This document shows positions 17,571-26,437 of a DNA stretch of 47,592 bases, piece after piece. The stretch is from the NCBI GenBank assembly GCA_964345395.1, contig CAYFRA010000001.1, forward strand, positions 29,897-77,488, given 5' to 3'. The translations under genes and the position numbers were made by a program. Under the pieces are notes generated by a model that searched no databases, had not been told where the DNA came from, and worked only from the letters and a program-made list of their open reading frames with translations. The DNA is from an uncultured Paludibacter sp. (GTDB lineage Bacteria; Bacteroidota; Bacteroidia; Bacteroidales; Paludibacteraceae). The first letter of the stretch is position 1. Each line of letters begins with the position of its first letter.

Positions 17571-18779
17571 ATGCGAATACTACACACTTCTGATTGGCAC
17601 TTGGGCAAACGATTAGATTATTTTAGTCGGCACGAAGAGCAAAAATGGGTGCTGGATGAGATATGCAACATTGCCCAAGAGCAAAAGGTTGATTTGATAA
17701 TTGTTGCAGGTGATTTGTTTGACACTTTCAATCCTCCAATTGAGTCAACTGAGCTGTTATACAAAACTTTGAAAAAATTGACTAACAATGGAAAAATTCC
17801 CGTAATTGCTATTGCTGGCAATCACGATTCGCCCGATAGAGTGAATGTTGCTGATGTATTGGCTCGTGAAAATGGGATTATCTTTATAGGACATCCTACA
17901 GATAAGGTGGCGATTTTTGAGGTAGAGGAGGGTTTCAAAGTAAGTAAAACAGATGTAGGGTTTTTACAAATAGATATACCTAAGTATAATTATCCTGTTC
18001 GGATTTTTCACACTGCTTTTGCCAACGAAGCGCGACTAAAAGAATATTTTGGAGAGGATAAACAACAATCGCTACAAGATAGTTTGAGTAAAAAGTGGTC
18101 GAATCTCGCTCATATGTACGCTGATAATAGCGGTGTAAATATTCTCACTTCTCACCTATTTATTTCCAAACAAGGTGATAAACTGCCCGATGAACCCGAA
18201 GGCGAAAAACCTCTTAATGTAGGGACTGCCGATGTTATCTACTCAAACGCCATCCCGCAATCCATTCAGTACGTAGCAATGGGACACCTTCATCGATTTC
18301 AAGATGTAGGTGTGCATCAGCCTGTTGTATATACTGGATCACCTTTGGCTTACTCTTTTGCCGAAGTTAATCAGCAAAAATATGTAGCGATAGTGAATAT
18401 TGAACCTGATAAAGAGGCAAAAATAGAAAAAGTAGCATTGAAAGCAGGACGCTCGCTTCACCGAGTTAGTTTTCAGAAAGTTGATGAAGCTGTGAATTGG
18501 TTGCAAAATAATCCCAATACGCTGGTTGAACTAACAATTGAGACAGAAACATTTTTGAAAGCTGAAGAGAGAAAAAAGATTTATCAAAATCATGATGGGA
18601 TTATATATTTGATACCAAAACTGAAGAATGCTGACAAAACTGAAGCTAACAGCCGTAAGTCGATTGACTTGAATAAAGACATCAACACCCTTTTTGTGGA
18701 CTATTTCAAATCTAAGCATGATGGGATTGAGCCTAACAAAGAGATAATTGATTTGTTTAACGAAATTTTAAACAACTGA
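17571..18779 (+). CDS. sbcD: Exonuclease SbcCD, nuclease subunit D (Mre11-like)
   Basis: Calcineurin-like phosphoesterase motifs MRILHTSDWHLGK, VAGDLFD, GNHDS, MGHLH. It is followed 1 nt later by sbcC. Confidence 0.9.
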   Translation: MRILHTSDWHLGKRLDYFSRHEEQKWVLDEICNIAQEQKVDLIIVAGDLFDTFNPPIESTELLYKTLKKLTNNGKIPVIAIAGNHDSPDRVNVADVLARENGIIFIGHPTDKVAIFEVEEGFKVSKTDVGFLQIDIPKYNYPVRIFHTAFANEARLKEYFGEDKQQSLQDSLSKKWSNLAHMYADNSGVNILTSHLFISKQGDKLPDEPEGEKPLNVGTADVIYSNAIPQSIQYVAMGHLHRFQDVGVHQPVVYTGSPLAYSFAEVNQQKYVAIVNIEPDKEAKIEKVALKAGRSLHRVSFQKVDEAVNWLQNNPNTLVELTIETETFLKAEERKKIYQNHDGIIYLIPKLKNADKTEANSRKSIDLNKDINTLFVDYFKSKHDGIEPNKEIIDLFNEILNN

Positions 18780-18780
18780 T

Positions 18781-21700
18781 ATGATACCATTAAAACTAAC
18801 AATCGAAGGTATTTATTCTTACCAAAAGCGACAAACAATTGATTTCACATCGCTCGTTGATGCTGGAATTTTTGGAATTTTTGGTGGTGTTGGGTCTGGA
18901 AAATCATCAATTTTGGAATCTATCAGTTATGCACTTTATGGCGAAACTGAGCGACTCAACTTGCAAGATAAACGCTCATATAATATGATGAATCTAAAAT
19001 CTGACAGGGCATATATTGAATTTGATTTTATCAACCACAGCGACAAAACTTACCGTGTAACCCGAGAGTTTAAACGTAACAGCAAAAGATTTGATGATAT
19101 ACGAACACCTACTGTACAGTTTTATGAAAAAACAGATGATTCATGGTTACCTCTCGAACATTGCAATGCAGAAGAGTTGGTTGGTTTGAATTATAGAAAC
19201 TTCAAACGCACCATCATCATACCACAAGGGCAATTCAAGGAGTTTCTTGAACTGGGTGGTGCAGCACGCACTACAATGATGCAGGAGATTTTTGGACTCG
19301 ATCGTTTTGACCTTTACAGAAAAACAAGTAGTTTGTATAACTCCAATAAATCTGAGTTAGACCAAATCGAAGGGCAATTGAAAGAGTTTGAGTCAATCAA
19401 TCGAGAAGAATTTGAGTCAAAAAAAATAAATTTCGAGCTTCTCAACTCATCGTTTCAAGAAGAGAGTTTGAAACATCAATTGTTAGACAAAAAAATTGAA
19501 AAACTTGAGAAAGCGAAAGAAAATTTTGAAAAACTAAATGAATACAAACTTAAGCACCAGAAATTAAGTGAGCAAAAAAATGAAATAGACAACAAGAGCG
19601 AAGAATTGAACGAATATGAACGAGTTCAGAGTGTTTTCAAACTGCTGATTAGTGATTTTGACAAGGCAAGTAACGAGAAAAGCAAATTGCTAACAAATCA
19701 AACCGAAAAGCAAAAGCTAATTGGAAATTTAACTGAGCAGCAAATCCTACAAAACGAAGCGTTAAAAAAGATTTTACCTTATTTTGAAACATTGGTAGAA
19801 AAGCGAAAAAAGGAGGCAGACTTTGAATATCTAATTCAAATTTCGGAACACACGCAGAATTTGAACAAACTGAAAGATCGGATTCAAGGAGGGAAAGAAT
19901 ATGTCGAAAACACCGAAAAAGAATTGATTGAGAACCTTGAAAAGATAAAAAATTTAGAGAGCGAAATAGAGAGGTTAAAAGAAGAGAAATTTGATTCTAA
20001 ATTATTGTTTGATCTTGGCAATTGGTATGCAATAAAAGAGGGATTAGATAGTCAGATAGCAGATTTAGAGAAAAAACTTGAAGAGAAAAAAAGCGAATTA
20101 TCCAATTTAGAAAACAGTATCGAAAAGGAGAAAATTGATATCTTGAATTATGAACTGAATTTTCAGGAATCTAACAAATTATTAGATAAGCAAGAAGATA
20201 ATTTCATCGAACAGAAAAGCGATTTTGAGGTGCAGAAGAAAATGGCTGATTATGCTTCAAAACTCTATGAAGGTAGCCCTTGCCCACTTTGTGGCTCAAC
20301 CGAACACCCACATATTGCCAATATAGATGATGTGTCAGGGCATTTAAAGCTAACTGAGAATGAGCTAGAAAGAATCAAAACAGAACGCTTAGAGCTTGTA
20401 AACAAACTAAATTTGTCAAGAAATTTAGTTAAAGAAAAGAACAAAATAAATACTGAAATTGAAGAATATAGGTTGAATAAAAACGCCTTAATCGAGGAAT
20501 CCAATAGACATCTTAAAGCTTTTCTTTGGAATAATTTTGAGCCAAATGATAAACAAGGTTTTGAGAATAAAAAGAACAGCTCGATAGAGATTGAGGCAAA
20601 AATCGAAAAACTGAATAAGGAGTTAGCTCAATTTAGAAAATCAGGTGAAGAGATAGACGAAAAACACAAAAAATATAGCAAAGCATTGGATGAGCTCAAA
20701 AGAAAAGAGAGTGAATTAGATATACAAATTAGCACAAAAAAATCTTTACTAAAATCTATCGACTATGAAGAATATATGAGTTTTGAGGTAGTTGAGCTAA
20801 GCAATAAATTGACCGAGCTGCGTAATAAAAACAATGAGATAGAGAAACAACACCAACAAATCGACAAAGAACTCATTGAGTTAGATAAAAATATTTCAAC
20901 TGAAAAAACTCTCATTTTAGATTTAGAAAATAGAATTAGTAGTCTCGAAAACTCACTGAAAAACTTAGAAAATGAGATTGACACAAATCTAAAAAAAGAA
21001 AATTTTGCCGATATAAATAGCGTATTGGTGGTGTTAAATAAAAACTTGGATAGAGTAAGTTTACGAAAAGAAATTGATGATTTCAAGTTGCAATTTGAGT
21101 TGCTGAAAGATAAGATAAGAGATTTAGAAGTTCAATTGGAAAACGAGGCTTATGACGAGGCTATTTTTGAGCAAGAAAAGCAGATTTGGCAAGATTCTTT
21201 AGAACAATTAGAAACAACAAAAAAGAGTCTAATTAACTTGGAAGCAGAGGTTAAACGACTTAACAAAGCTTTAATAAAGAAATCGGAGCTTGAAAGCATA
21301 CAAGAAAATCTGAAAAACCGCGACAACAATCTCAAAACAATTAGCAATTTATTCAAAGGTGCAGGCTTTGTTCAGTATGTTTCGTCTATCTATCTGAGCC
21401 AGCTTTGCGACCATGCCAATGAGCGATTTCATCGGATGACACGCAATCAACTCAGCTTAAAGCTGAATGAGAATAATGATTTTGAAATCATCGACTACCT
21501 CAATGAAGGAAGAAGTAGAAGCGTAAAAACACTTTCGGGTGGGCAGGCATTTCAGGTCTCTCTATCTTTAGCCTTGGCTCTGGCAGAGAGCGTGCAAAGT
21601 CATGCAAAAGCAAAAAGAAACTTCTTTTTTATTGATGAAGGTTTTGGAACTCAAGACGTTGAGTCTGTAAATATTGTATTTGACACGCTGTTAAGTCTCA

Positions 21701-21819
21701 ATAAAGAGAATAAAATAGTAGGAGTAATATCGCACGTAGAAGAGCTGAAAGAGCGCATCCCGCACACCCTTACCGTATTAAAAGATGAAGAACGAGGTAG
21801 CTTGATTTACTTTGATTAG
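18781..21819 (+). CDS. sbcC: Exonuclease SbcCD, ATPase subunit C (Rad50-like)
   Basis: Walker A GGVGSGKSS, a very long coiled-coil, central zinc hook CPLCGSTEHP, signature LSGGQ and Walker B FFFIDEGFG. Confidence 0.9.
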   Translation: MIPLKLTIEGIYSYQKRQTIDFTSLVDAGIFGIFGGVGSGKSSILESISYALYGETERLNLQDKRSYNMMNLKSDRAYIEFDFINHSDKTYRVTREFKRNSKRFDDIRTPTVQFYEKTDDSWLPLEHCNAEELVGLNYRNFKRTIIIPQGQFKEFLELGGAARTTMMQEIFGLDRFDLYRKTSSLYNSNKSELDQIEGQLKEFESINREEFESKKINFELLNSSFQEESLKHQLLDKKIEKLEKAKENFEKLNEYKLKHQKLSEQKNEIDNKSEELNEYERVQSVFKLLISDFDKASNEKSKLLTNQTEKQKLIGNLTEQQILQNEALKKILPYFETLVEKRKKEADFEYLIQISEHTQNLNKLKDRIQGGKEYVENTEKELIENLEKIKNLESEIERLKEEKFDSKLLFDLGNWYAIKEGLDSQIADLEKKLEEKKSELSNLENSIEKEKIDILNYELNFQESNKLLDKQEDNFIEQKSDFEVQKKMADYASKLYEGSPCPLCGSTEHPHIANIDDVSGHLKLTENELERIKTERLELVNKLNLSRNLVKEKNKINTEIEEYRLNKNALIEESNRHLKAFLWNNFEPNDKQGFENKKNSSIEIEAKIEKLNKELAQFRKSGEEIDEKHKKYSKALDELKRKESELDIQISTKKSLLKSIDYEEYMSFEVVELSNKLTELRNKNNEIEKQHQQIDKELIELDKNISTEKTLILDLENRISSLENSLKNLENEIDTNLKKENFADINSVLVVLNKNLDRVSLRKEIDDFKLQFELLKDKIRDLEVQLENEAYDEAIFEQEKQIWQDSLEQLETTKKSLINLEAEVKRLNKALIKKSELESIQENLKNRDNNLKTISNLFKGAGFVQYVSSIYLSQLCDHANERFHRMTRNQLSLKLNENNDFEIIDYLNEGRSRSVKTLSGGQAFQVSLSLALALAESVQSHAKAKRNFFFIDEGFGTQDVESVNIVFDTLLSLNKENKIVGVISHVEELKERIPHTLTVLKDEERGSLIYFD

Positions 21820-22151
21820 GAGCGGCGTATGGGCTTTTTGTTTTTTCTGAATTTATCTTTGGTGTAATGGATTAAAAAATCAAAAGGGTGATAAATCAAC
21901 ATTCTGGGTGCCGAATATCGCATCACAACTCGTATTTGCTCACGCATTTCTAAATTGTAACAGTGAGTTGGACACTTAGCACAAGCACCCTTAGCATCGC
22001 CATATGGACATTTGTCCAATCTTAATTGGCTATAACGATATAAACTCTCACAATGTTCGCATAATTCACCACGCTTTTGATCATGTTTTTTCCAACAATA
22101 AAGTTGAATCATCTTACCAATGGTGTATTTTTCGTAATGAATCGATGACAT
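21816..22151 (-). CDS. YgbA-like (nitrous-oxide-stimulated promoter family) Cys-rich protein
   Basis: Cys pattern YCWKKH...CEHC...CPYG...CAKCPTHCY and tail MRYSAPRML, as I recall for the YgbA_NO family. Its stop overlaps the sbcC stop by 4 nt (convergent genes). Confidence 0.7.
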   Translation of the reverse strand: MSSIHYEKYTIGKMIQLYCWKKHDQKRGELCEHCESLYRYSQLRLDKCPYGDAKGACAKCPTHCYNLEMREQIRVVMRYSAPRMLIYHPFDFLIHYTKDKFRKNKKPIRRS

Positions 22152-22156
22152 AGGAT

Positions 22157-22492
22157 TTATTTCTCTTTTAACTCTTTGATAAGTTGATTGAGTTGAACTT
22201 TAACTGCCGAAAGGCGCTCAAACAACTCTTGCTCTATCTCAACCTCTGATTTACGATTAGTCAACTGCCTGCGAGCTCCTTCCAAAGTATATGCTTTTTC
22301 CCTTGTCAGAAAAAGAATTTTTTTGAGCAAATTGATATCATCTTTTGTATAAAAACGAGTTTTTCGTTCACTCTGCTTTGGTTTCAGTTGGCGAAACTCT
22401 TTTTCCCAATAACGAAGATTAGAGATAGATATGTCAAGCATACGACTTACCTCACCAATTGAATAATAAATTTTATCAGGATTCTCTATCAT
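22157..22492 (-). CDS. MerR-family transcriptional regulator (short, HTH plus coiled-coil only)
   Basis: YSIGEVSRMLDISISNLRYWEKEF helix-turn-helix. At 111 aa it has no recognisable effector domain. Confidence 0.85.
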   Translation of the reverse strand: MIENPDKIYYSIGEVSRMLDISISNLRYWEKEFRQLKPKQSERKTRFYTKDDINLLKKILFLTREKAYTLEGARRQLTNRKSEVEIEQELFERLSAVKVQLNQLIKELKEK

Positions 22493-22515
22493 AATGCTAT
22501 TTTATAAATAAGTTA

Positions 22516-23769
22516 TTAGACTATTTTCAACCGCTGACCTGGTCGGATTGTATTAGATTTCAACCCATTAGCTCTTTTGATTTTGACAACTGTAGTTTTG
22601 TATCTACGAGCTATTGTGCTCAAATTATCGCCCTTCCTTACAACGTGTACTCTACTTTTTGGTTTTACCTGTGCAACATTTAATGTTTTCGCATCAATTT
22701 CATCTCTTCTTGCTATCAAAATGGAATCTTGGTAAGCCTTAATTTCATCCTCTCGCACAATAAAATGGGATATTAATTTTTGGGGCAAAACAAGAGGATA
22801 ACCCTTGATATCACCTGGAATAATATCTTTGAAATATTGAGGATTGAGCAATCTGAGTTGTTCGATAGGATAATCCAAAACTTCTGCTATCTGTTTTAAG
22901 TGCATCCGTTCATTAATCATTATGGTATCAACCATTGATGGCATTTCTACGGTTGCAGGGCAAAGATTATGCTCTTTACTATAAGTCATTGCGTAGTTGG
23001 CTGCAATAAAAATGGGAATATATGAGCGAGTTTCAGCCGGTAAGAAATTATATATCTCCCAAAAATCTCGTTTGCCTCCCGAACGATTGATTGCTTTATT
23101 TACGTTACCAGGTCCACAGTTATATGCAGCCAATGCCAAGTTCCAATCTGAATAGATAGTATAAAGCTCCTTTAAATATTTCGCCGCCACGGCCGATGAT
23201 TTTACTGGATCTCTTCGCTCATCAACCAAAGAATTTACCTCAAGACCATACATCTTACCCGTTGCCAACATAAATTGCCAAATTCCCGTAGCTCCAGCAC
23301 GTGATACAGCTGTTGGGTTTAATGAAGATTCAATTATTGGCAAGTGTTTCAACTCCAAAGGCAATCCTTGTTTTGCTAATTCATGCTCGAATATCGGATA
23401 ATAATAGTTGCTCAACCCCAAAAGATATTCCATCTGATTACGACGACTTACAGTGTAAAGCTCAATAAATGTTTTTACTGCAGGATTATAGGGCATCTCA
23501 ATAATATGAGGTAATTTGCTCAATCTCTTCTTATACTGCTCTTCAGTTGTCGCTGGGTTAGGTTTTGAAACACAATTTGTGTTGATTATTTTGCTTTTTG
23601 ACCACACGTGAAACATTGAATCCATACTTTGAGTAAAACCAACAGGTATTGAAGTGTTTTTCGCAATCAACTTGTTTTTATCATCATTTGGATCATAAGG
23701 TTCGACTGCTGCAACTTTGAGCAGAAATAAACTTAAGACTAAGAGTAATATTAATTTTCTATCTATCAT
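22516..23769 (-). CDS. Lytic murein transglycosylase (MltD-like) with C-terminal LysM domain
   Basis: SLT motifs ESSLNP, GIWQFM, AYNCGPGNV. C-terminal LysM HVVRKGDNLSTIARRYKTTVVKIKRANGL. Confidence 0.85.
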   Translation of the reverse strand: MIDRKLILLLVLSLFLLKVAAVEPYDPNDDKNKLIAKNTSIPVGFTQSMDSMFHVWSKSKIINTNCVSKPNPATTEEQYKKRLSKLPHIIEMPYNPAVKTFIELYTVSRRNQMEYLLGLSNYYYPIFEHELAKQGLPLELKHLPIIESSLNPTAVSRAGATGIWQFMLATGKMYGLEVNSLVDERRDPVKSSAVAAKYLKELYTIYSDWNLALAAYNCGPGNVNKAINRSGGKRDFWEIYNFLPAETRSYIPIFIAANYAMTYSKEHNLCPATVEMPSMVDTIMINERMHLKQIAEVLDYPIEQLRLLNPQYFKDIIPGDIKGYPLVLPQKLISHFIVREDEIKAYQDSILIARRDEIDAKTLNVAQVKPKSRVHVVRKGDNLSTIARRYKTTVVKIKRANGLKSNTIRPGQRLKIV

Positions 23770-23775
23770 AATTAT

Positions 23776-24516
23776 TTAAAAACGAATGCTACATTGCAAG
23801 CCATAAGCACTCTTCTTATTGGGTAAAACTTCAAACTGCGTGGGTGTAACTTGTATCGCTAAATCCGATTTGATATCAAAATCGTATAATTGAGCATCTA
23901 CAAAGGCATCTAACATAACCAAAGCGTAATAACCTACAGTCAAAATCAAACTCAAATCTCGATAACGATGGAACTGATCCATACCTGATTTCAATCTGTT
24001 CTTAAATGTAGCTTCTCCGCCGGGAAATGACTCTAATGTATATCCTCGTGGTAATAGTTTCAGGTGGTAATTGGTTGTTGGGTCACTATCGGTAATATCA
24101 ATATATCCTCGTTTGAAAGCCATATACCGATTTTGATTGTAATTGATAGCGTAGGCAAAACCCATAAATCCACCATAAACAATTGGCAGTTTATAATATT
24201 TTTTGTTTACTATTTGCCCAAAACCAGGAATCAGAGCCCCCATCCATACTGAGCGCATCGGATCTGGTCTGAAGTAGTTTAGAGATAAAGTATCAACAAT
24301 TTGAATTTCCGTTGTTATATTGTCCTGATTATCATTATTTGTTGAATGAAAAAAGATTTGCTCAGACTCATCAACTTCAAAAATAAGCGGTCTGACCAAA
24401 GTATCTAAAAGAGCAGTAGTGTCTTGTTTTACTTTGATTGGTTTTACTTTTTTTTGAGCCGCATTTGGCAAAAGAAAAGCAAATAATAAAATTGATATAA
24501 TAGCTATCTTTTTCAA
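23776..24516 (-). CDS. DUF5683-like secreted/membrane protein
   Basis: Signal peptide, and an ALIPGFGQIVNKKYYKLPIVYGGF motif. Its position between parB and the LysM transglycosylase is a synteny I recall as typical of Bacteroidales. The start codon is TTG. Confidence 0.55.
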   Translation of the reverse strand: MKKIAIISILLFAFLLPNAAQKKVKPIKVKQDTTALLDTLVRPLIFEVDESEQIFFHSTNNDNQDNITTEIQIVDTLSLNYFRPDPMRSVWMGALIPGFGQIVNKKYYKLPIVYGGFMGFAYAINYNQNRYMAFKRGYIDITDSDPTTNYHLKLLPRGYTLESFPGGEATFKNRLKSGMDQFHRYRDLSLILTVGYYALVMLDAFVDAQLYDFDIKSDLAIQVTPTQFEVLPNKKSAYGLQCSIRF

Positions 24517-24534
24517 GAAAGATTGTTTTGTTTT

Positions 24535-25404
24535 TTAAATTCGATCCATCAACTCCATAATCCTCAACAGCTCTTCATCGTTATTAAAAGAGATACTTAT
24601 TTTACCTTTCCCTTTTTGATTGACTGATAAATCAACTTTTGTACTAAAAGTTTTACTTAGCTGCGACTTCAACTCATCGAACTCTTTCAATTTTATAAAA
24701 CTGTCTGAGTTTTTGATTTTTTTATTTTTGTCTTCTAAATTCAAATTTCTAACAAGATCTTCCACTTTACGAACTGAAAAACCGTTTTTCAGCGTTAGTG
24801 TATAAAGCTCAAGCTGTTTTTTAGGGTCTTCTAAACTTAAAATAGCTCGTGCATGTCCCATATCAATTTTTCTATCTTTCAAACCCATTTGAATTTCAGC
24901 AGGTAATTGCAACAAACGTAGATAGTTGGCAATGGTAGCACGTTTTTTACCCACACGCTCACTAAGTCGTTCTTGCGTTAGGTCATACTCTTTTATTAAT
25001 CTGTAGAAAGTAAGTGCTATTTCTATTGCATTCAAATCTTCTCGCTGAATGTTTTCAATCAGCGCCATCTCCATCACTTGATCGTCGGCGGCAGTTTTGA
25101 TATAAGCTGGAATGCTTCTTAAACCAATTGACTTGGCGGCACGATAACGTCTTTCGCCCGCAATAATCATATAGGTATTGTCATCGTTTTTTCGCAATGT
25201 AATCGGCGATATCACACCAATCTCCCTAATTGAGCTTGCGAGTTCGGTCAAAGCCTCTTCATCAAAGTGCGTACGTGGTTGTCCTGGGTTAGGTTTTATT
25301 AAATCTATTGAAACTTCATTGATAGATGAAGAACCACTAACACTTGTTTCATCTATATCCATTAGTGCACCTAAACCTCTTCCTAATCCTATTGTTTTTG
25401 CCAT
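24535..25404 (-). CDS. parB: Chromosome partitioning protein ParB
   Basis: GLGRGLGALM N-terminus, ParB box IIAGERRYRAAK, and the HTH region. Confidence 0.9.
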   Translation of the reverse strand: MAKTIGLGRGLGALMDIDETSVSGSSSINEVSIDLIKPNPGQPRTHFDEEALTELASSIREIGVISPITLRKNDDNTYMIIAGERRYRAAKSIGLRSIPAYIKTAADDQVMEMALIENIQREDLNAIEIALTFYRLIKEYDLTQERLSERVGKKRATIANYLRLLQLPAEIQMGLKDRKIDMGHARAILSLEDPKKQLELYTLTLKNGFSVRKVEDLVRNLNLEDKNKKIKNSDSFIKLKEFDELKSQLSKTFSTKVDLSVNQKGKGKISISFNNDEELLRIMELMDRI

Positions 25405-25413
25405 AATAAATAT

Positions 25414-26181
25414 TTATTTATTCAATCGTGTTAAAAGCTCATTAGCTAAATCCATATAGTTAGAAGCCCCGCGCGAATCGGGGTCAAATTGCAATATCGG
25501 CATCCCATGACTTGGAGCTTCGCTTAGTCGCACATTTCTATAAATAGCTGTTTCGAACACCAATTTATCAAAATGTTTTTTTACTTCTGCCAACACCTGA
25601 TTGGCCGAACGTAATCGATTGTCGTACAATGTAATTAAAAAACCTTCGATTTCTAATCTTGCATTGAGTCGCCCTTTGATAATTTTAATGGTATTCAACA
25701 ATTTGCTTATACCCTCCAATGCAAAATACTCACTCTGCACTGGTATAATGACTGAATCAGATGCTGTAAGCGCATTAACGGTAATAAGACCAAGTGAAGG
25801 CGAGCAATCAATCAAGATAATATTATAATCATTTTCGACAGCCTTCAACACATCTTTCATCCGATACTCCCTGTCGCTCATCTCAAGTAACTCAATTTCA
25901 GCCCCAACCAAATCAATATGCGATGGCAAAACATCTAAATTTTCAATTGCTGTGTGTTGTATGGCTTGCTCTACCGGCACACCATCTATTATAGATTCGT
26001 AAATTGTAAATTCAAGTTTACGCACGTCTATTCCCAGTCCAGAAGAAGCATTTGCCTGAGGATCAGCATCTACCAAAAGTACTTTCTGCCCTAATTTTGC
26101 TAAAGATGCTGCTAAATTGATTGCAGTTGTCGTTTTTCCTACTCCCCCTTTTTGATTGGCTATCGAGATTATTTTTCTCAT
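25414..26181 (-). CDS. parA: Chromosome partitioning ATPase ParA/Soj
   Basis: Deviant Walker A NQKGGVGKTTT. The track start 26190 is TTG; ATG at 26181 gives MRKIISIANQKGGVGKTT. Confidence 0.9.
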   Translation of the reverse strand: MRKIISIANQKGGVGKTTTAINLAASLAKLGQKVLLVDADPQANASSGLGIDVRKLEFTIYESIIDGVPVEQAIQHTAIENLDVLPSHIDLVGAEIELLEMSDREYRMKDVLKAVENDYNIILIDCSPSLGLITVNALTASDSVIIPVQSEYFALEGISKLLNTIKIIKGRLNARLEIEGFLITLYDNRLRSANQVLAEVKKHFDKLVFETAIYRNVRLSEAPSHGMPILQFDPDSRGASNYMDLANELLTRLNK

Positions 26182-26232
26182 CTTATTCAATTAATATCCT
26201 GTTTTAAAACATATTTAAATCAATTCAATTTG

Positions 26233-26240
26233 CAAATATA
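26233..26240 (-). promoter_or_regulatory. Bacteroidota-type -7 box (TATATTTG on minus strand)
   Basis: Plus-strand CAAATATA lies about 50 bp upstream of the parA ATG. Confidence 0.45.
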
Positions 26241-26289
26241 ATGAATTTATTTAAGCATTTCACTACACTTTCTCATGCTTTAACCTGCA

Positions 26290-26322
26290 TTGTTGATAAG
26301 TTAGTTATTTTGTTGATAAGTT
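26290..26322. repeat. Two perfect 13-bp direct repeats TTGTTGATAAGTT spaced 20 bp start-to-start
   Basis: Read directly: copies at 26290-26302 and 26310-26322 in the parA/gldG divergent intergenic region. The core TGTTGATAA is one mismatch from the reverse DnaA-box TGTGNATAA. Confidence 0.9.
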
Positions 26323-26398
26323 CAATTTGCCTAATGAATTATGTGAAAAACAATACAATTTTTATTTCTTTTCGTTTCTATAAATTCAATGCTTTCCT

Positions 26399-26406
26399 TA
26401 TCTTTG
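26399..26406 (+). promoter_or_regulatory. Bacteroidota-type -7 box TATCTTTG
   Basis: Exact match 31 bp upstream of the GTG start at 26438. Confidence 0.5.
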
Positions 26407-26437
26407 TGAAGTTTAATTAGATACAAACTACTCACAA

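Noticed and set aside
17571-21819. Whether the nuclease plus 1012-aa coiled-coil ATPase pair is a defence system (Wadjet-, Lamassu- or Gabija-like) rather than SbcCD.
   Set aside because: The sizes, Mre11-type phosphoesterase motifs, Rad50-type Walker/signature motifs, CxxC zinc hook and 1-nt gene junction are all canonical SbcCD. No additional kleisin-, TOPRIM- or effector-type genes flank the pair.
23600-23615. parS-like sequence GACCACACGTGAAACA inside the lytic transglycosylase gene, about 1 kb from parB.
   Set aside because: Only the right half and core (CACGTGAAACA) match TGTTNCACGTGAAACA. The left arm fails at 4 of 4 defined positions, so the palindrome required for ParB binding is absent. 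It is probably a chance match.
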